Shown: positions 47,988-57,067, counted from the first letter of the stretch. The stretch: DNA of 64,000 nucleotides from an uncultured Gammaproteobacteria bacterium (GCA_964588465.1 CAZPPL010000003.1:40545-104544); one strand, 5' to 3'. A program made the numbers and translations. Notes: generated by a model from the letters alone, not told the origin.

Positions 47988-49457
47988 ATGAATAAAGCAA
48001 CAGACAAAATTAAAAAAAATAAAATTACTTCTTTCCCTAATTCGTTAGATTCTAAGAATTTTTCAGAGAAAAATAGAAGAATCGCCAATCCTCTATGGAA
48101 TTTTCATAATAGGTCTAAGTATATGGCTAAGAGTCGTACTGGTTTGGATGAAAAATTAGTACGTTTTATTTCTAAAGAAAAAAAAGAACCCGCTTGGATG
48201 CTTAAACGTCGTCTAGATTCTTTAAAAATATATTTAAGTATGCCTTTACCAACCTGGGGGCCAGATTTAACTAAATTAGATTTAGACCAAATTACTTATT
48301 ATGCTCGTGCTACTGATAAGACGGCTAGTAGTTGGGAAGACGTGCCCAGTGATATTAAAAATACTTTTGACAAATTAGGAATACCTCAAGCAGAGCAAAA
48401 AGTTTTAGCCGGTGTAGGGGCACAATATGAATCTACGGTTATCTATCATAGCTTAAGACAACAATTTCAAGAGCAAGGAGTTATTTTTGAAGATTTAGAC
48501 TTAGCTTTACACCAGCACGAAGATCTAGTCAAGCCTTATTTTATGAAAGCGGTACCGCCTACTTTGCATAAATTTGCTGCTCTACATGGAGCGGTTTGGA
48601 GTGGTGGCACTTTTTTATATATTCCGCGTAAGGTAATTATTGAGCAACCGCTTCAAGCTTATTTTCGGATGAATGCTAAGGGTATGGGGCAATTTGAACA
48701 CACTTTGATTATTGTAGAAGAAGAAGCTTGGGCACATTATATTGAAGGTTGTAGTGCTCCTCGTTATGGAGTGGATTCTTTACATGCTGGTTGTGTAGAA
48801 ATTTTTGTTAAACCCCGAGCTCGTTTTAGATATAGCAGTGTGGAGAGTTGGAGCAAAGATGCTTATAATTTAAATACCAAACGAGCTTTAGTAGAAAAAG
48901 ACGCTAGGATAGAATGGGTAGGAGGAAACTTTGGTAGCAAGGTTACTATGTTATACCCTTGTTCGGTATTGCAGGGAGAAGGAGCTAGTGCCGATCATTT
49001 AGGAGTGGCTTTTGCAAATCGTGGACAAATTCAAGACACGGGGGCTAAAGTTATTCATTTGGCTCCGCATACCAGTTCTAATATTGTAATGAAAAGCATT
49101 AGCAAAAGAGGGGGTAAAGCTATTTATCGGGGGCTAGTAAGTATTGGGGCTAAGGCTAAAGGGGCGGTAGCCAATATAAAATGTGATGCTTTAATTTTAG
49201 ATAATAAGTCGGCATCGGATACCATCCCTAATATTAATATAAAAAATAAGAGTGCTGTTGTGGCTCACGAAGCCCGAGCAGGAAAATTAAATACTGATGA
49301 TATTTTTTATTTACGTAGCCGAGGATTGAGCGAAGAGCAAGCCAGTACCATGATTGTCAACGGTTTTATTGAACCGATTACTAGAGAATTACCTTTAGAA
49401 TATTCTTTAGAGATGAATCGTATGGTGGAACTAGAAATGGAAAATAGTGTGGGTTAG
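47988..49457 (+). CDS. sufB: Fe-S cluster assembly scaffold SufB
   Basis: 489 aa with the conserved C-terminus HEARAGKLNTDDIFYLRSRGLSEEQA..MIVNGF. Confidence 0.93.
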   Translation: MNKATDKIKKNKITSFPNSLDSKNFSEKNRRIANPLWNFHNRSKYMAKSRTGLDEKLVRFISKEKKEPAWMLKRRLDSLKIYLSMPLPTWGPDLTKLDLDQITYYARATDKTASSWEDVPSDIKNTFDKLGIPQAEQKVLAGVGAQYESTVIYHSLRQQFQEQGVIFEDLDLALHQHEDLVKPYFMKAVPPTLHKFAALHGAVWSGGTFLYIPRKVIIEQPLQAYFRMNAKGMGQFEHTLIIVEEEAWAHYIEGCSAPRYGVDSLHAGCVEIFVKPRARFRYSSVESWSKDAYNLNTKRALVEKDARIEWVGGNFGSKVTMLYPCSVLQGEGASADHLGVAFANRGQIQDTGAKVIHLAPHTSSNIVMKSISKRGGKAIYRGLVSIGAKAKGAVANIKCDALILDNKSASDTIPNINIKNKSAVVAHEARAGKLNTDDIFYLRSRGLSEEQASTMIVNGFIEPITRELPLEYSLEMNRMVELEMENSVG

Positions 49458-49492
49458 AAACTTTAAAATATGATTTATAGTTTAAATTTTTT

Positions 49493-50257
49493 ATGAAGCG
49501 ATTTAATAATATAATTATTAATCCGAAGGGTAAAAAGCTAATTATTCCTCCTAAAGACCAAGTCTTTATTTTAGACTATATTAAGGATTCTTCAAGGAAT
49601 TATTCGCTCCCTATTTTTATTGGTTCTGGAGCACGAGTACAATATGTCCTTATTTTAGAATCTAGAGCTAGGAGTAAATTTATAGTTAATAGAGAAATAC
49701 ATTTAGCTCCTCAGGCTGAACTTAATAGTTATCAACTTTATTTAGGTCAAGCTGATTATAAAATTAATATTAGTAATAATTTAGCAAGTGGAGCTATTCT
49801 TAATAATCAAGTTTTATTTTGGCTTAAAGGCCAGCAAACTTTACAGGTACAAAATAATTATATTTTTAAGGGTTCAGGAGCTTTGGGCAAGTTTAAAGTT
49901 AATGGTCTAGTAGACAATCAAGCTAAGGCTCAATATTATTCTGATTTAGTTATTAAACCTCAAGCACAATTGACTAATACTCAGATAGATATGAATTTAT
50001 ATTTATTAAATTCTAGAGCTAGTGCTAGTCTATCACCGAGTTTAAAGATTGCCGCTAATGATGTTAAAGCCGGTCATAGTGTTAGTACTTTTCATTTATC
50101 TACTGAAGATTTATTTTATTTACAGACTCGAGGTTTGGATTCTGCTCAAGTTAAGTCTTTAATTATTAATTCTTTGCTCCAACAATTCGTAGCTAATATT
50201 TCTGATCAGCATACTAAACAGCTCATTTTAGATTTAGTTAATAGACGAATTAATTAA
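49493..50257 (+). CDS. sufD: SufD-like protein (short form)
   Basis: 254 aa with the SufB/D C-terminal beta-helix signature AGHSVSTFHLSTEDLFYLQTRGLD. Located between sufB and sufS. Confidence 0.75.
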   Translation: MKRFNNIIINPKGKKLIIPPKDQVFILDYIKDSSRNYSLPIFIGSGARVQYVLILESRARSKFIVNREIHLAPQAELNSYQLYLGQADYKINISNNLASGAILNNQVLFWLKGQQTLQVQNNYIFKGSGALGKFKVNGLVDNQAKAQYYSDLVIKPQAQLTNTQIDMNLYLLNSRASASLSPSLKIAANDVKAGHSVSTFHLSTEDLFYLQTRGLDSAQVKSLIINSLLQQFVANISDQHTKQLILDLVNRRIN

Positions 50258-50278
50258 ACTAATAAATTAAAATATTTT

Positions 50279-51493
50279 ATGATAAGACGTAAAGATTTTC
50301 CAATTTTAAGTAAAAAAATTAATGGTCATCCCATGATTTATTTTGATAATGCTGCGACCACTCAAAAACCACAAGTAGTTATTAAAGCTATGGATGATTT
50401 TTATTTACATTATAATGCTAATGTTCATAGGGGCATCAACCCTTTAGCAGAAGAAGCTACCAAACAATATGAAGCTGCTCGGCGCGAAGTGGCTAACTTC
50501 ATATCTGCTAAGTCGCTAGAGATAATTTTTACTCGTGGAGCTACTGAAGGAATCAATTTGGTTGCCCGTACTTGGGGAGAAGTTAATTTAGGTCGGGGAG
50601 ATATTGTAGTATTAAGTTTGGCCGAACATCATGCCAATATTATTCCTTGGTTACAATTAAAGAAAAAATTGGGAATTAAATTAGTTTATATTCCAGTGAA
50701 AGCAGACGGTAGTTTAAATTTATCTGTCGCTCGAAAAATATTAGCCCTAAAGCGAGTTAAACTTTTAGCCATAACTCAGGCTTCTAATGTTTTAGGGACT
50801 ATTAATCCTCTTAAATCATTAATTAGTTTTGCTCATTCCAGACACATTATGACTTTAGTGGATGCCGCTCAGAGTATTGCTCATATTCCCGTTAATGTTC
50901 AGACCCTAAAATGTGATTTTTTAGTTTTTTCTGGTCATAAAATCTATGGTCCTACTGGGATCGGAGTTTTATATGCTAGGGAAAGTTTGCTAAGGAAGAT
51001 GCCCCCCTTTTTAGGTGGGGGTGATATGATTAGATCGGTCTATACTGATCATTTTACCGTTAATGAATTACCTTATAAATTTGAAGCTGGAACTCCACCT
51101 ATTGCCGAGGCTATTGGCTTAGCCAGTGCTTTACAATATATTGAAAAATTAACTTGGAACAATATTATCCGACAAGAAAGTATATTAAGTGCTCATTTTC
51201 TAAAATGCTTAGCTCCTTTAAAATTTGTTAGAATTTTAGGTACTAATCAGTTTAGCAAAAAAAGATTAGCAGTATTCTCACTTATAATTGATAATATCCA
51301 TCCTCATGATGTTGCTGATTTACTGGGGCAAGAAGGAATTATATTACGAGCAGGGAATCATTGTGCTCAACCCATTCATGATTTTTGTGAGCAGACCGCT
51401 AGCCTGCGAGCTAGCCTCAGTTTCTATAATACAGTTTCTGAAATTGATATTTTTATTAAAAAATTAATTGCTTTACATCAAGCCTTTAGTTAA
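50279..51493 (+). CDS. sufS: Cysteine desulfurase SufS (class V aminotransferase)
   Basis: IYFDNAATTQKP, FSGHKIYGPTGIG containing the PLP lysine, and RAGNHCAQP containing the active-site Cys. Confidence 0.92.
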   Translation: MIRRKDFPILSKKINGHPMIYFDNAATTQKPQVVIKAMDDFYLHYNANVHRGINPLAEEATKQYEAARREVANFISAKSLEIIFTRGATEGINLVARTWGEVNLGRGDIVVLSLAEHHANIIPWLQLKKKLGIKLVYIPVKADGSLNLSVARKILALKRVKLLAITQASNVLGTINPLKSLISFAHSRHIMTLVDAAQSIAHIPVNVQTLKCDFLVFSGHKIYGPTGIGVLYARESLLRKMPPFLGGGDMIRSVYTDHFTVNELPYKFEAGTPPIAEAIGLASALQYIEKLTWNNIIRQESILSAHFLKCLAPLKFVRILGTNQFSKKRLAVFSLIIDNIHPHDVADLLGQEGIILRAGNHCAQPIHDFCEQTASLRASLSFYNTVSEIDIFIKKLIALHQAFS

Positions 51494-51504
51494 TTGAAAA
51501 TAAT

Positions 51505-51873
51505 ATGGATTTATACGCACAAAATATTTTAGATCATTATAAACATCCACATAATAAGGGGAAGATGCTGAAAGCGGATGTGAGCTACCATGAAGTTAAT
51601 GATACTTGTGGCGATGATATCTCTGTTAGTTTAAAAATGGAAGCTAATAAGATTAAGAAGATTAAGTTTACTGGCCAAGGTTGCGCTATTTCTCAAGCGG
51701 GTATTTCTATTTTAACTGAAGCTCTGTTGGGCAAAAGTAAAGTGGAAGTTTTAACCTATGAATTTAAAAATTTAGAACAGAATTTTGGAATTAAGATAAG
51801 TGAACGGCGTTATAAATGCGCACTTTTAGGACTTTGGGCCATTCAGCATGCTTTAGAAAAATATAGGACATAA
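51505..51873 (+). CDS. sufU: SufU/IscU-type Fe-S scaffold / sulfur acceptor
   Basis: ILDHYKHPHNKG, NDTCGDD, GQGCAISQA and RYKCALL. Confidence 0.85.
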   Translation: MDLYAQNILDHYKHPHNKGKMLKADVSYHEVNDTCGDDISVSLKMEANKIKKIKFTGQGCAISQAGISILTEALLGKSKVEVLTYEFKNLEQNFGIKISERRYKCALLGLWAIQHALEKYRT

Positions 51874-51907
51874 ACAGAAGTTCACTTTTAATAAGATAAT
51901 AAATTTT

Positions 51908-51932
51908 AGGAATCATCAATAGATTCCTTTTC
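51908..51932 (+). terminator. Rho-independent terminator after the suf operon
   Basis: AGGAATC-N7-GATTCCT followed by TTTT. Confidence 0.6.
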
Positions 51933-51976
51933 TATTTGCCTAAGCCATATTAGATATGAATTTAGTTGAATACTAT

Positions 51977-52005
51977 TTGACAATATTGTCTAAAAGTGAT
52001 ATCAT
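51977..52005 (+). promoter_or_regulatory. Strong sigma70-type promoter TTGACA-17-TGaTATCAT, with 12-bp palindrome GACAATATTGTC over the -35
   Basis: TTGACA at 51977-51982, extended -10 TG at 51997-51998, and TATCAT at 52000-52005. The perfect palindrome spans 51979-51990. Confidence 0.55.
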
Positions 52006-52087
52006 GCTTAATAACGATGAGAACTTGGATGCTAAGGCAAAAAAGTTCTTTAAAAATAAAAAAAAATGGGCCGAGGGGGGCCTTATC

Positions 52088-53257
52088 ATGAAAAATAATA
52101 TTTTATTTTCAAAAGAAGAGTTGCCCCAAGAGGCGACTCAGAAAATTCGCCGAATATGGCAGATTTTCTTCATGTCAGTTATTGGAGTAGCAGGGATAAT
52201 ATTTCTGCTTTTTCATTTAACTGAGGCGATACTAGCGTCGTTAGGGATATTTATATCCCTATGTTTAGCCACATTAATTGCTGGCTGGACACAAATTCCG
52301 TATAAGACGGAATTTATAATAGAAATTTATGGGAGGTACATTGGTGTACCTCTAGTATCAGGTTTCCATCTGATATTTCCTTTTTTTGGTTTAATCACCT
52401 TGAGGAAGGTGATATCCAAAAAAGAACAGATGTTAGGATTGCATCTGTATGAAAAAAACGATGAGGAGGAGAATCCTTCTCAGGGAGGAGACATTGAATT
52501 TCTAGACGGCTCCTCGTCTATTCGGGCTTTCTTCTATTATTTGATAGAAGATTCCGAAAAGGCGATCTATAATGTCGAAGATTATCTTCGATTTATAGAG
52601 GAAAAGGGCGCCTTACGAGTATTTTTAGGTACCTATACTATAGACGAAGTAATTCGTCTAAAAAATATCTTCACTTTGGAAGGTATCATTTTAGGCAGAA
52701 ATTGGTTGCAAAAACTAATTGATGCTGAGGATGATACTCAGAGAGAAGCTATTAGTAGAAGCATTGAAACGGCCTTTGAGAAAACGGCCTTTTATACTTC
52801 TCTAAAAACTTGGGGAATTGTCCCCAAAGCTCTAGTCATATCTGATATAGAGCTTACCGAACTAGTCAAAGCGCAAAGACAGCGCAAACTAGTTGCGGAG
52901 AAAGATCTCCAGGTTAAGGAGATCGAGGAAAAACAGGCCAAGATTCAGAAGAGAATCAAGGTCATCCTCGCCACTGGAGATAAATTAGCCCGTATTAGGG
53001 CGGGCGAGGGAGAGAAACTTTATCAATCTCTTTATGGTGAAGGGGTTGCTATGAGAATAGAAGCTTGGCTCGGAAAAGGTATTCCGGCTGAGCAGATTTC
53101 TGCGCTCTTATCAAAGGATTTTCAATGGTCAGCTGTTGGAAATAGTAAGAGCAGTGACAAAACCATCATCCTTGGTGGAGACACTAAAGATGCTGGTCGA
53201 GGAGCTGAGTTTGCTGCTGGATTCAGCAAAGCTTCTTCTCAAAAGGGGCCATCATGA
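52088..53257 (+). CDS. Membrane-anchored SPFH (band-7/stomatin/HflK-like) domain protein
   Basis: Two N-terminal TM helices, then ...EFIIEIYGRYIGVPLVSGFHLIFPFFGLITLRKV... (an SPFH start), ...WGIVPKALVISDIELTELV, and a coiled coil QRQRKLVAEKDLQVKEIEEKQAK. I prefer ATG at 52088, preceded by GAGGGGGG and downstream of the promoter; the track start is 51956. Confidence 0.68.
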   Translation: MKNNILFSKEELPQEATQKIRRIWQIFFMSVIGVAGIIFLLFHLTEAILASLGIFISLCLATLIAGWTQIPYKTEFIIEIYGRYIGVPLVSGFHLIFPFFGLITLRKVISKKEQMLGLHLYEKNDEEENPSQGGDIEFLDGSSSIRAFFYYLIEDSEKAIYNVEDYLRFIEEKGALRVFLGTYTIDEVIRLKNIFTLEGIILGRNWLQKLIDAEDDTQREAISRSIETAFEKTAFYTSLKTWGIVPKALVISDIELTELVKAQRQRKLVAEKDLQVKEIEEKQAKIQKRIKVILATGDKLARIRAGEGEKLYQSLYGEGVAMRIEAWLGKGIPAEQISALLSKDFQWSAVGNSKSSDKTIILGGDTKDAGRGAEFAAGFSKASSQKGPS

Positions 53258-53910
53258 GAGAAATAAAGAAAAAAGGAGGCTCAGCGTTTAAGCTGAGCAG
53301 AGAAGATTTAGAGGATCTAAGAAGATTCCTCATCTTCTTAGTGCTTGCTATAGTGGTATATTCTGTTGCCACTTTAGTGAGCTCAGGGATGGCTAGTTAT
53401 TTTGTTAGCCATCTATTAGGGCTATTTTTTGCTCTACTAGTTTTCTGGGCTTATAGTTTAAGTCAGAAAACTACCAGTAAATATAGCGGGACCATTGTGG
53501 TTCTGGTATTCTTATTATTTTTCTTTGATATTTCCCATCAGTATTTGGTGGTGAATAGAGAAAAAATTGGAATTGAAAAAAGGGTCGAAAAAAGGGTCGA
53601 AAGAGTTAAAGCTATTCGCTTTAATGAACCAGCCCTAGTTAAAGTTAAAATTCTTGATTTTGGAGCACATGCCTTCAAAATGAAGAAGGGGGAAGTAAGC
53701 CAGTGGTTTACCTTCCCAGTGGGCTATCGCTCCCAATATTCCGTTAGTTCGGATAAGGGGTATGATAGTTACACCTTAATTTTTACTAATGGGAAGAAGT
53801 ACCAAGCGGGTGCTTCTGTCCCAGTAAAGAGTTTTGCCCAATTCAAAATTAGGGCAAAACAAAATCAGTTAATCACCATAACGGTGAGAAAGCTGAAACA
53901 ATTAAATTAA
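53254..53910 (+). CDS. Membrane protein with C-terminal beta-rich soluble domain (NfeD-like partner role is inference)
   Basis: ATGA start/stop overlap with the SPFH gene. It has 3-4 TM helices, an EKRVEKRVERV linker, and then a beta-rich ~100-aa domain. Confidence 0.55.
   Translation: MREIKKKGGSAFKLSREDLEDLRRFLIFLVLAIVVYSVATLVSSGMASYFVSHLLGLFFALLVFWAYSLSQKTTSKYSGTIVVLVFLLFFFDISHQYLVVNREKIGIEKRVEKRVERVKAIRFNEPALVKVKILDFGAHAFKMKKGEVSQWFTFPVGYRSQYSVSSDKGYDSYTLIFTNGKKYQAGASVPVKSFAQFKIRAKQNQLITITVRKLKQLN
53575..53598 (+). repeat. Perfect 12-bp tandem duplication GAAAAAAGGGTC x2 inside the CDS
   Basis: Read directly from the sequence. It encodes the EKRVEKRV repeat. Confidence 0.9.
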
Positions 53911-53919
53911 AATTTAAAG

Positions 53920-53957
53920 AAAGGGACTAACCTGTGGTTTTCCCTTTTTTATTTTTT
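53920..53957 (+). terminator. Rho-independent terminator after the SPFH operon
   Basis: AAAGGGA..AACC-TGT-GGTT..TCCCTTT stem followed by a long T tract. Confidence 0.65.
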
Positions 53958-53994
53958 TAGATTATGTTATTATAATAATAATCAATATAACAGT

Positions 53995-54399
53995 ATGAAA
54001 AAATATTTATTTCCCATTTTTATAATTCTTCTCCTTTTATTCTCTTTTAACTCAGTATTGGCTCAGGGTGGTAATTCTACTATTGGTGTTACTAATAATC
54101 CTCCTACTGGTGTTACTAATAATCCCACCGCTTTAAATCTTGATAATCCTTTAGGTACGGCGGTTAGCACCCCTCAGATTCTAATTGGTAGAATAATTAC
54201 CGCTGTAATGGGTATAGTGGGTTCCATTGCTTTATTAATGTTTGTTTATGGCGGTTTAATTTGGATGACTTCTTCTGGCAATCAAGAGAAGGTTAAGAAA
54301 GGTCGCGATATCGTTCTCTGGTCGGCTATTGGTTTAATAGTAATTTTTATGTCTTACGCTTTGACCAGATTTGTATTAAGTACAATTGCAATTGGATAA
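53995..54399 (+). CDS. Small secreted protein with two C-terminal TM helices, TrbC/VirB2 (T4SS pilin)-like architecture
   Basis: Signal peptide ...SFNSVLAQGG. Mature part has a GVTNNPPT/GVTNNPT repeat, then IITAVMGIVGSIALLMFVYGGLIWMTSSGNQEKVKKGRDIVLWSAIGLIVIFMSYAL. Confidence 0.6.
   Translation: MKKYLFPIFIILLLLFSFNSVLAQGGNSTIGVTNNPPTGVTNNPTALNLDNPLGTAVSTPQILIGRIITAVMGIVGSIALLMFVYGGLIWMTSSGNQEKVKKGRDIVLWSAIGLIVIFMSYALTRFVLSTIAIG
54085..54129 (+). repeat. Imperfect tandem repeat (24 + 21 nt) GGTGTTACTAATAATCC...
   Basis: Read directly from the sequence. It encodes GVTNNPPT-GVTNNPT in the exposed N-terminal part of the pilin-like protein. Confidence 0.85.
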
Positions 54400-54451
54400 T
54401 TCATTTTTTAAGCATACTTAAATTAATTACTAAGCTTGTTGAATTATTAGT

Positions 54452-54480
54452 TTGACAATCGTAGTAATTTTTTTTATTAT
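54452..54480 (+). promoter_or_regulatory. Putative promoter for tRNA-Tyr (TTGACA-17-TATTAT)
   Basis: TTGACA at 54452-54457 and TATTAT at 54475-54480, about 40 nt upstream of the tRNA. Confidence 0.5.
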
Positions 54481-54521
54481 AGGGAAGCAATTAATAATAC
54501 CCCTGTGGTATTTGAATTAAA

Positions 54522-54605
54522 GGGTCGATACCAAAGCGGTCAACTGGAGCAGACTGTAAATCTGCTGGCCTTGTGCCTTCGTTGGTTCGAATCCAACTCG
54601 GCCCA
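54522..54605 (+). tRNA. tRNA-Tyr (anticodon GUA), long variable arm
   Basis: GGGTCGA TA CCAA AGCGGTCAA CTGG A GCAGA CTGTAAA TCTGC TGGCCTTGTGCCTTC GTTGG TTCGAAT CCAAC TCGGCCC A. Confidence 0.88.
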
Positions 54606-54716
54606 CTAATATGCCTTTAATTAATCCGCATAAAATTGGATTAGGTTTGCTTAAAATTTTTGTTATAGAAATTGTAGTTTTAACTATAGTTATTATAGCT
54701 TTAGTTTTTATCTAAT

Positions 54717-55685
54717 ATGCCGGAATTACCAGAAGTGGAAACTATTCGGCGGGGTTTGAGCACCTGCTTACTTCACAAAAAGATTAGGACCGTACTTGTC
54801 TTTTCTGAAAAATCGGCCTTACCTAATGCTAATTTTTTAGTTAAAAATTTAATAGGCCGAAGTATTATAGAAGTTAAGCGCTGCGGAAAATTATTAATCT
54901 TTCATTTGTCACCTTCTAATTTGCCAATAGCTGCGAGGGCTAAAATTAAAATGGGGAAGGCCAAACAAAATACTACGGTTGATTATTTGTTAATTCATTT
55001 AATGATGACTGGTCAACTAATCTACTTAGACAAAAAAATTAGAGTAGCTGGCGGTCATAGCTTGACTGCTAATTCTTCTAGTTCTTCCCTAGATATGGAT
55101 TCTTTTACTGCTTCGGTAGGAGGGGCTCTACCCAATAAATACACCAGAGCACAGATCAATTTTTTAGGGGGTGGTATACTATTTTTTAATGATTTAAGAA
55201 AATTTGCTTATCTTAAATTAGTTAAACAATCTGAACTTGAACGCTTACTAAGAGATAATTATGGCCCTGAAGTTCTAAGCCCGGCTTTCTCATTAAAATT
55301 TTTTAGGACTTTACTTAACAATAAAACTATTAAAATTAAAGCCTTACTGCTCAATCAAAAATTGATTGCTGGTTTAGGAAATATTTATGTAGATGAATCT
55401 TTGTGGCGAGCCAAAATAGATCCAGAGCGTAGAGCCAACAGCCTCAGTCTGGTAGAGGTTAAAAAACTTTATACTGGAATTAATGCTATAATTAAACGAG
55501 CTATTTCATACCAAGGTACAACTTTCAGTAATTATGTTGATTCTAGTGGCCAGAAAGGTAATTTTTCTAGATTTTTACGGGTTTATGGGCGAAGCGGTGA
55601 ACCTTGTTATAATTGCGGAACTCTGATTTTAAAAAAGAAAGTTGCTGGACGCGGAACTCATTATTGTCCTCATTGCCAGAAATAA
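54717..55685 (+). CDS. mutM: Formamidopyrimidine-DNA glycosylase (Fpg/MutM)
   Basis: MPELPEVETIRRGL N-terminus, H2TH region LLNQKLIAGLGNIYVDESLWRA, and C-terminal zinc finger CYNCG...THYCPHCQ. Confidence 0.9.
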   Translation: MPELPEVETIRRGLSTCLLHKKIRTVLVFSEKSALPNANFLVKNLIGRSIIEVKRCGKLLIFHLSPSNLPIAARAKIKMGKAKQNTTVDYLLIHLMMTGQLIYLDKKIRVAGGHSLTANSSSSSLDMDSFTASVGGALPNKYTRAQINFLGGGILFFNDLRKFAYLKLVKQSELERLLRDNYGPEVLSPAFSLKFFRTLLNNKTIKIKALLLNQKLIAGLGNIYVDESLWRAKIDPERRANSLSLVEVKKLYTGINAIIKRAISYQGTTFSNYVDSSGQKGNFSRFLRVYGRSGEPCYNCGTLILKKKVAGRGTHYCPHCQK

Positions 55686-55784
55686 ACTAAATTTTTAGCT
55701 AAAGCTCAATTAAGGTCAGTTGACTTTTGCCGATTTTTTATATATTGTTAAGTTAAATTAATTAATAATTAAATTAGAGAAGAT

Positions 55785-55940
55785 ATGTCTCAAGATAACA
55801 TGATTAAGATGGAGTGTACGGTTTGTAAAACGATTACTCACCATTCTCGTAAGAATAAAAAGATTTTGAAAGAACGTTTAGAATTGTCTAAATATTGTCC
55901 TAAGTGCAAGAAAAATACTTTACACAAAGAGACTAAATAA
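55785..55940 (+). CDS. rpmG: 50S ribosomal protein L33 (not in ORF track, 51 aa)
   Basis: Translation MSQDNMIKMECTVCKTITHHSRKNKKILKERLELSKYCPKCKKNTLHKETK shows the CxxC...CxxC L33 pattern and a terminal HKE. Confidence 0.9.
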   Translation: MSQDNMIKMECTVCKTITHHSRKNKKILKERLELSKYCPKCKKNTLHKETK

Positions 55941-55978
55941 GGATTAAACCATTTGCACTTTTTTTATATTGAAATTAT

Positions 55979-57067
55979 ATGTCCAAGAATTTAACTAAAC
56001 CATTTATTTTAATTCTGGTCTTTTTAGTGTTTGTTGCTTGTTATTTAGTGTTTAAACCGTTTTTGACGGAAATTTTTGTAGCCGCCATTATAGTCTCAGT
56101 ATTCTATAATCCCTATTTACGATTTACTAAATTTTTAAAAGGGCGAAATCATTTAGCAGCTATTCTAATGTGTTTATTACTCTTGATTCTGATTATTTTA
56201 CCAACCGTTCGTTTTATTGTTTATGCCGGAGGACAGTCTATCACCGCTTATAACACTACAGTCAATTTCTTTAATAACCATACTATTAATGATTTACTAA
56301 AATCCGAGGTTTTCCATCGAGGAGTTCTAAGCTACTTTAATTTAGGAGCCTATAATTTTAATGATACTACCTTTCAGAATACGGTGCTTAGTATTTTGAA
56401 GCAGTCTAGTAATTGGTTATTGTCTGGAGCTAGTATGATTCTCAAGAGTACTACTGATTTTATTATTTCTTTATTGTTGATTATTGTTATTATGTATTTC
56501 TTTTTTGTAGATGGTGACAAAATGTTAAAGCGAATTATGGCTTTGACTCCTTGGCCTCAGAAATACAATCAGGAGTTATTCCATAAATTTCAAGTAGTTA
56601 GTCGTTCAACTTTTTTGTCTAATTTTGCTTCGGCCGCTGCCCAAGGTATAGTGGGTGGGATTGGCTTCGGAATAGTTGGTTTTCCTCCGCTGTTAGCCGG
56701 AGTATTAGTAACTTTATTTTCTTTTTTACCACTAGGTTCCACTATCTTCTATCTGCCAATGGCTATTTTCTATTTATTGATTGGTGATATTTGGCAAGGT
56801 ATTTTTATTCTATTGTGGGGTATGCTTATCATTAGTACGGTTGATAATGTAATTAGAGCTTACATGATTAAAGATGAAGCCCAGATTAATCCAATTTTTG
56901 TTCTACTTTCTATTTTGGGTGGTATTGGTTTATTCGGTTTCTGGGGAGTAGTCTTAGGCCCCCTATTAGTTGCTTTAGCAGTAACTATTTTACATATATA
57001 TGAATTAGAATTTAAAGACGATTTGAATGATAATTTAGAGCTAGATAGCAAAAAAATTAAAAATTAA
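55979..57067 (+). CDS. AI-2E family transporter (PerM/YhhT-like permease)
   Basis: 362 aa with ~8 TM helices and the conserved C-terminal half ...VDNVIRAYMIKDEAQINPIFVLLSILGGIGLFGFWGVVLGPLL. Confidence 0.82.
   Translation: MSKNLTKPFILILVFLVFVACYLVFKPFLTEIFVAAIIVSVFYNPYLRFTKFLKGRNHLAAILMCLLLLILIILPTVRFIVYAGGQSITAYNTTVNFFNNHTINDLLKSEVFHRGVLSYFNLGAYNFNDTTFQNTVLSILKQSSNWLLSGASMILKSTTDFIISLLLIIVIMYFFFVDGDKMLKRIMALTPWPQKYNQELFHKFQVVSRSTFLSNFASAAAQGIVGGIGFGIVGFPPLLAGVLVTLFSFLPLGSTIFYLPMAIFYLLIGDIWQGIFILLWGMLIISTVDNVIRAYMIKDEAQINPIFVLLSILGGIGLFGFWGVVLGPLLVALAVTILHIYELEFKDDLNDNLELDSKKIKN

Noticed and set aside
52000-53950. Apparent GC-rich island over the SPFH operon, suggesting horizontal transfer
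   Set aside because: Hand counts of 19 consecutive 60-nt lines (52081-53220) averaged about 40% G+C, with several lines at 47-52%. Sampled lines in conserved genes elsewhere (copA 60361-60480, sufB 48601, oxidoreductase 20101) gave 40-48%. The region is therefore not a clear outlier. A sliding-window GC and codon-usage computation would be needed, and no tRNA-derived direct repeat or integrase was seen.
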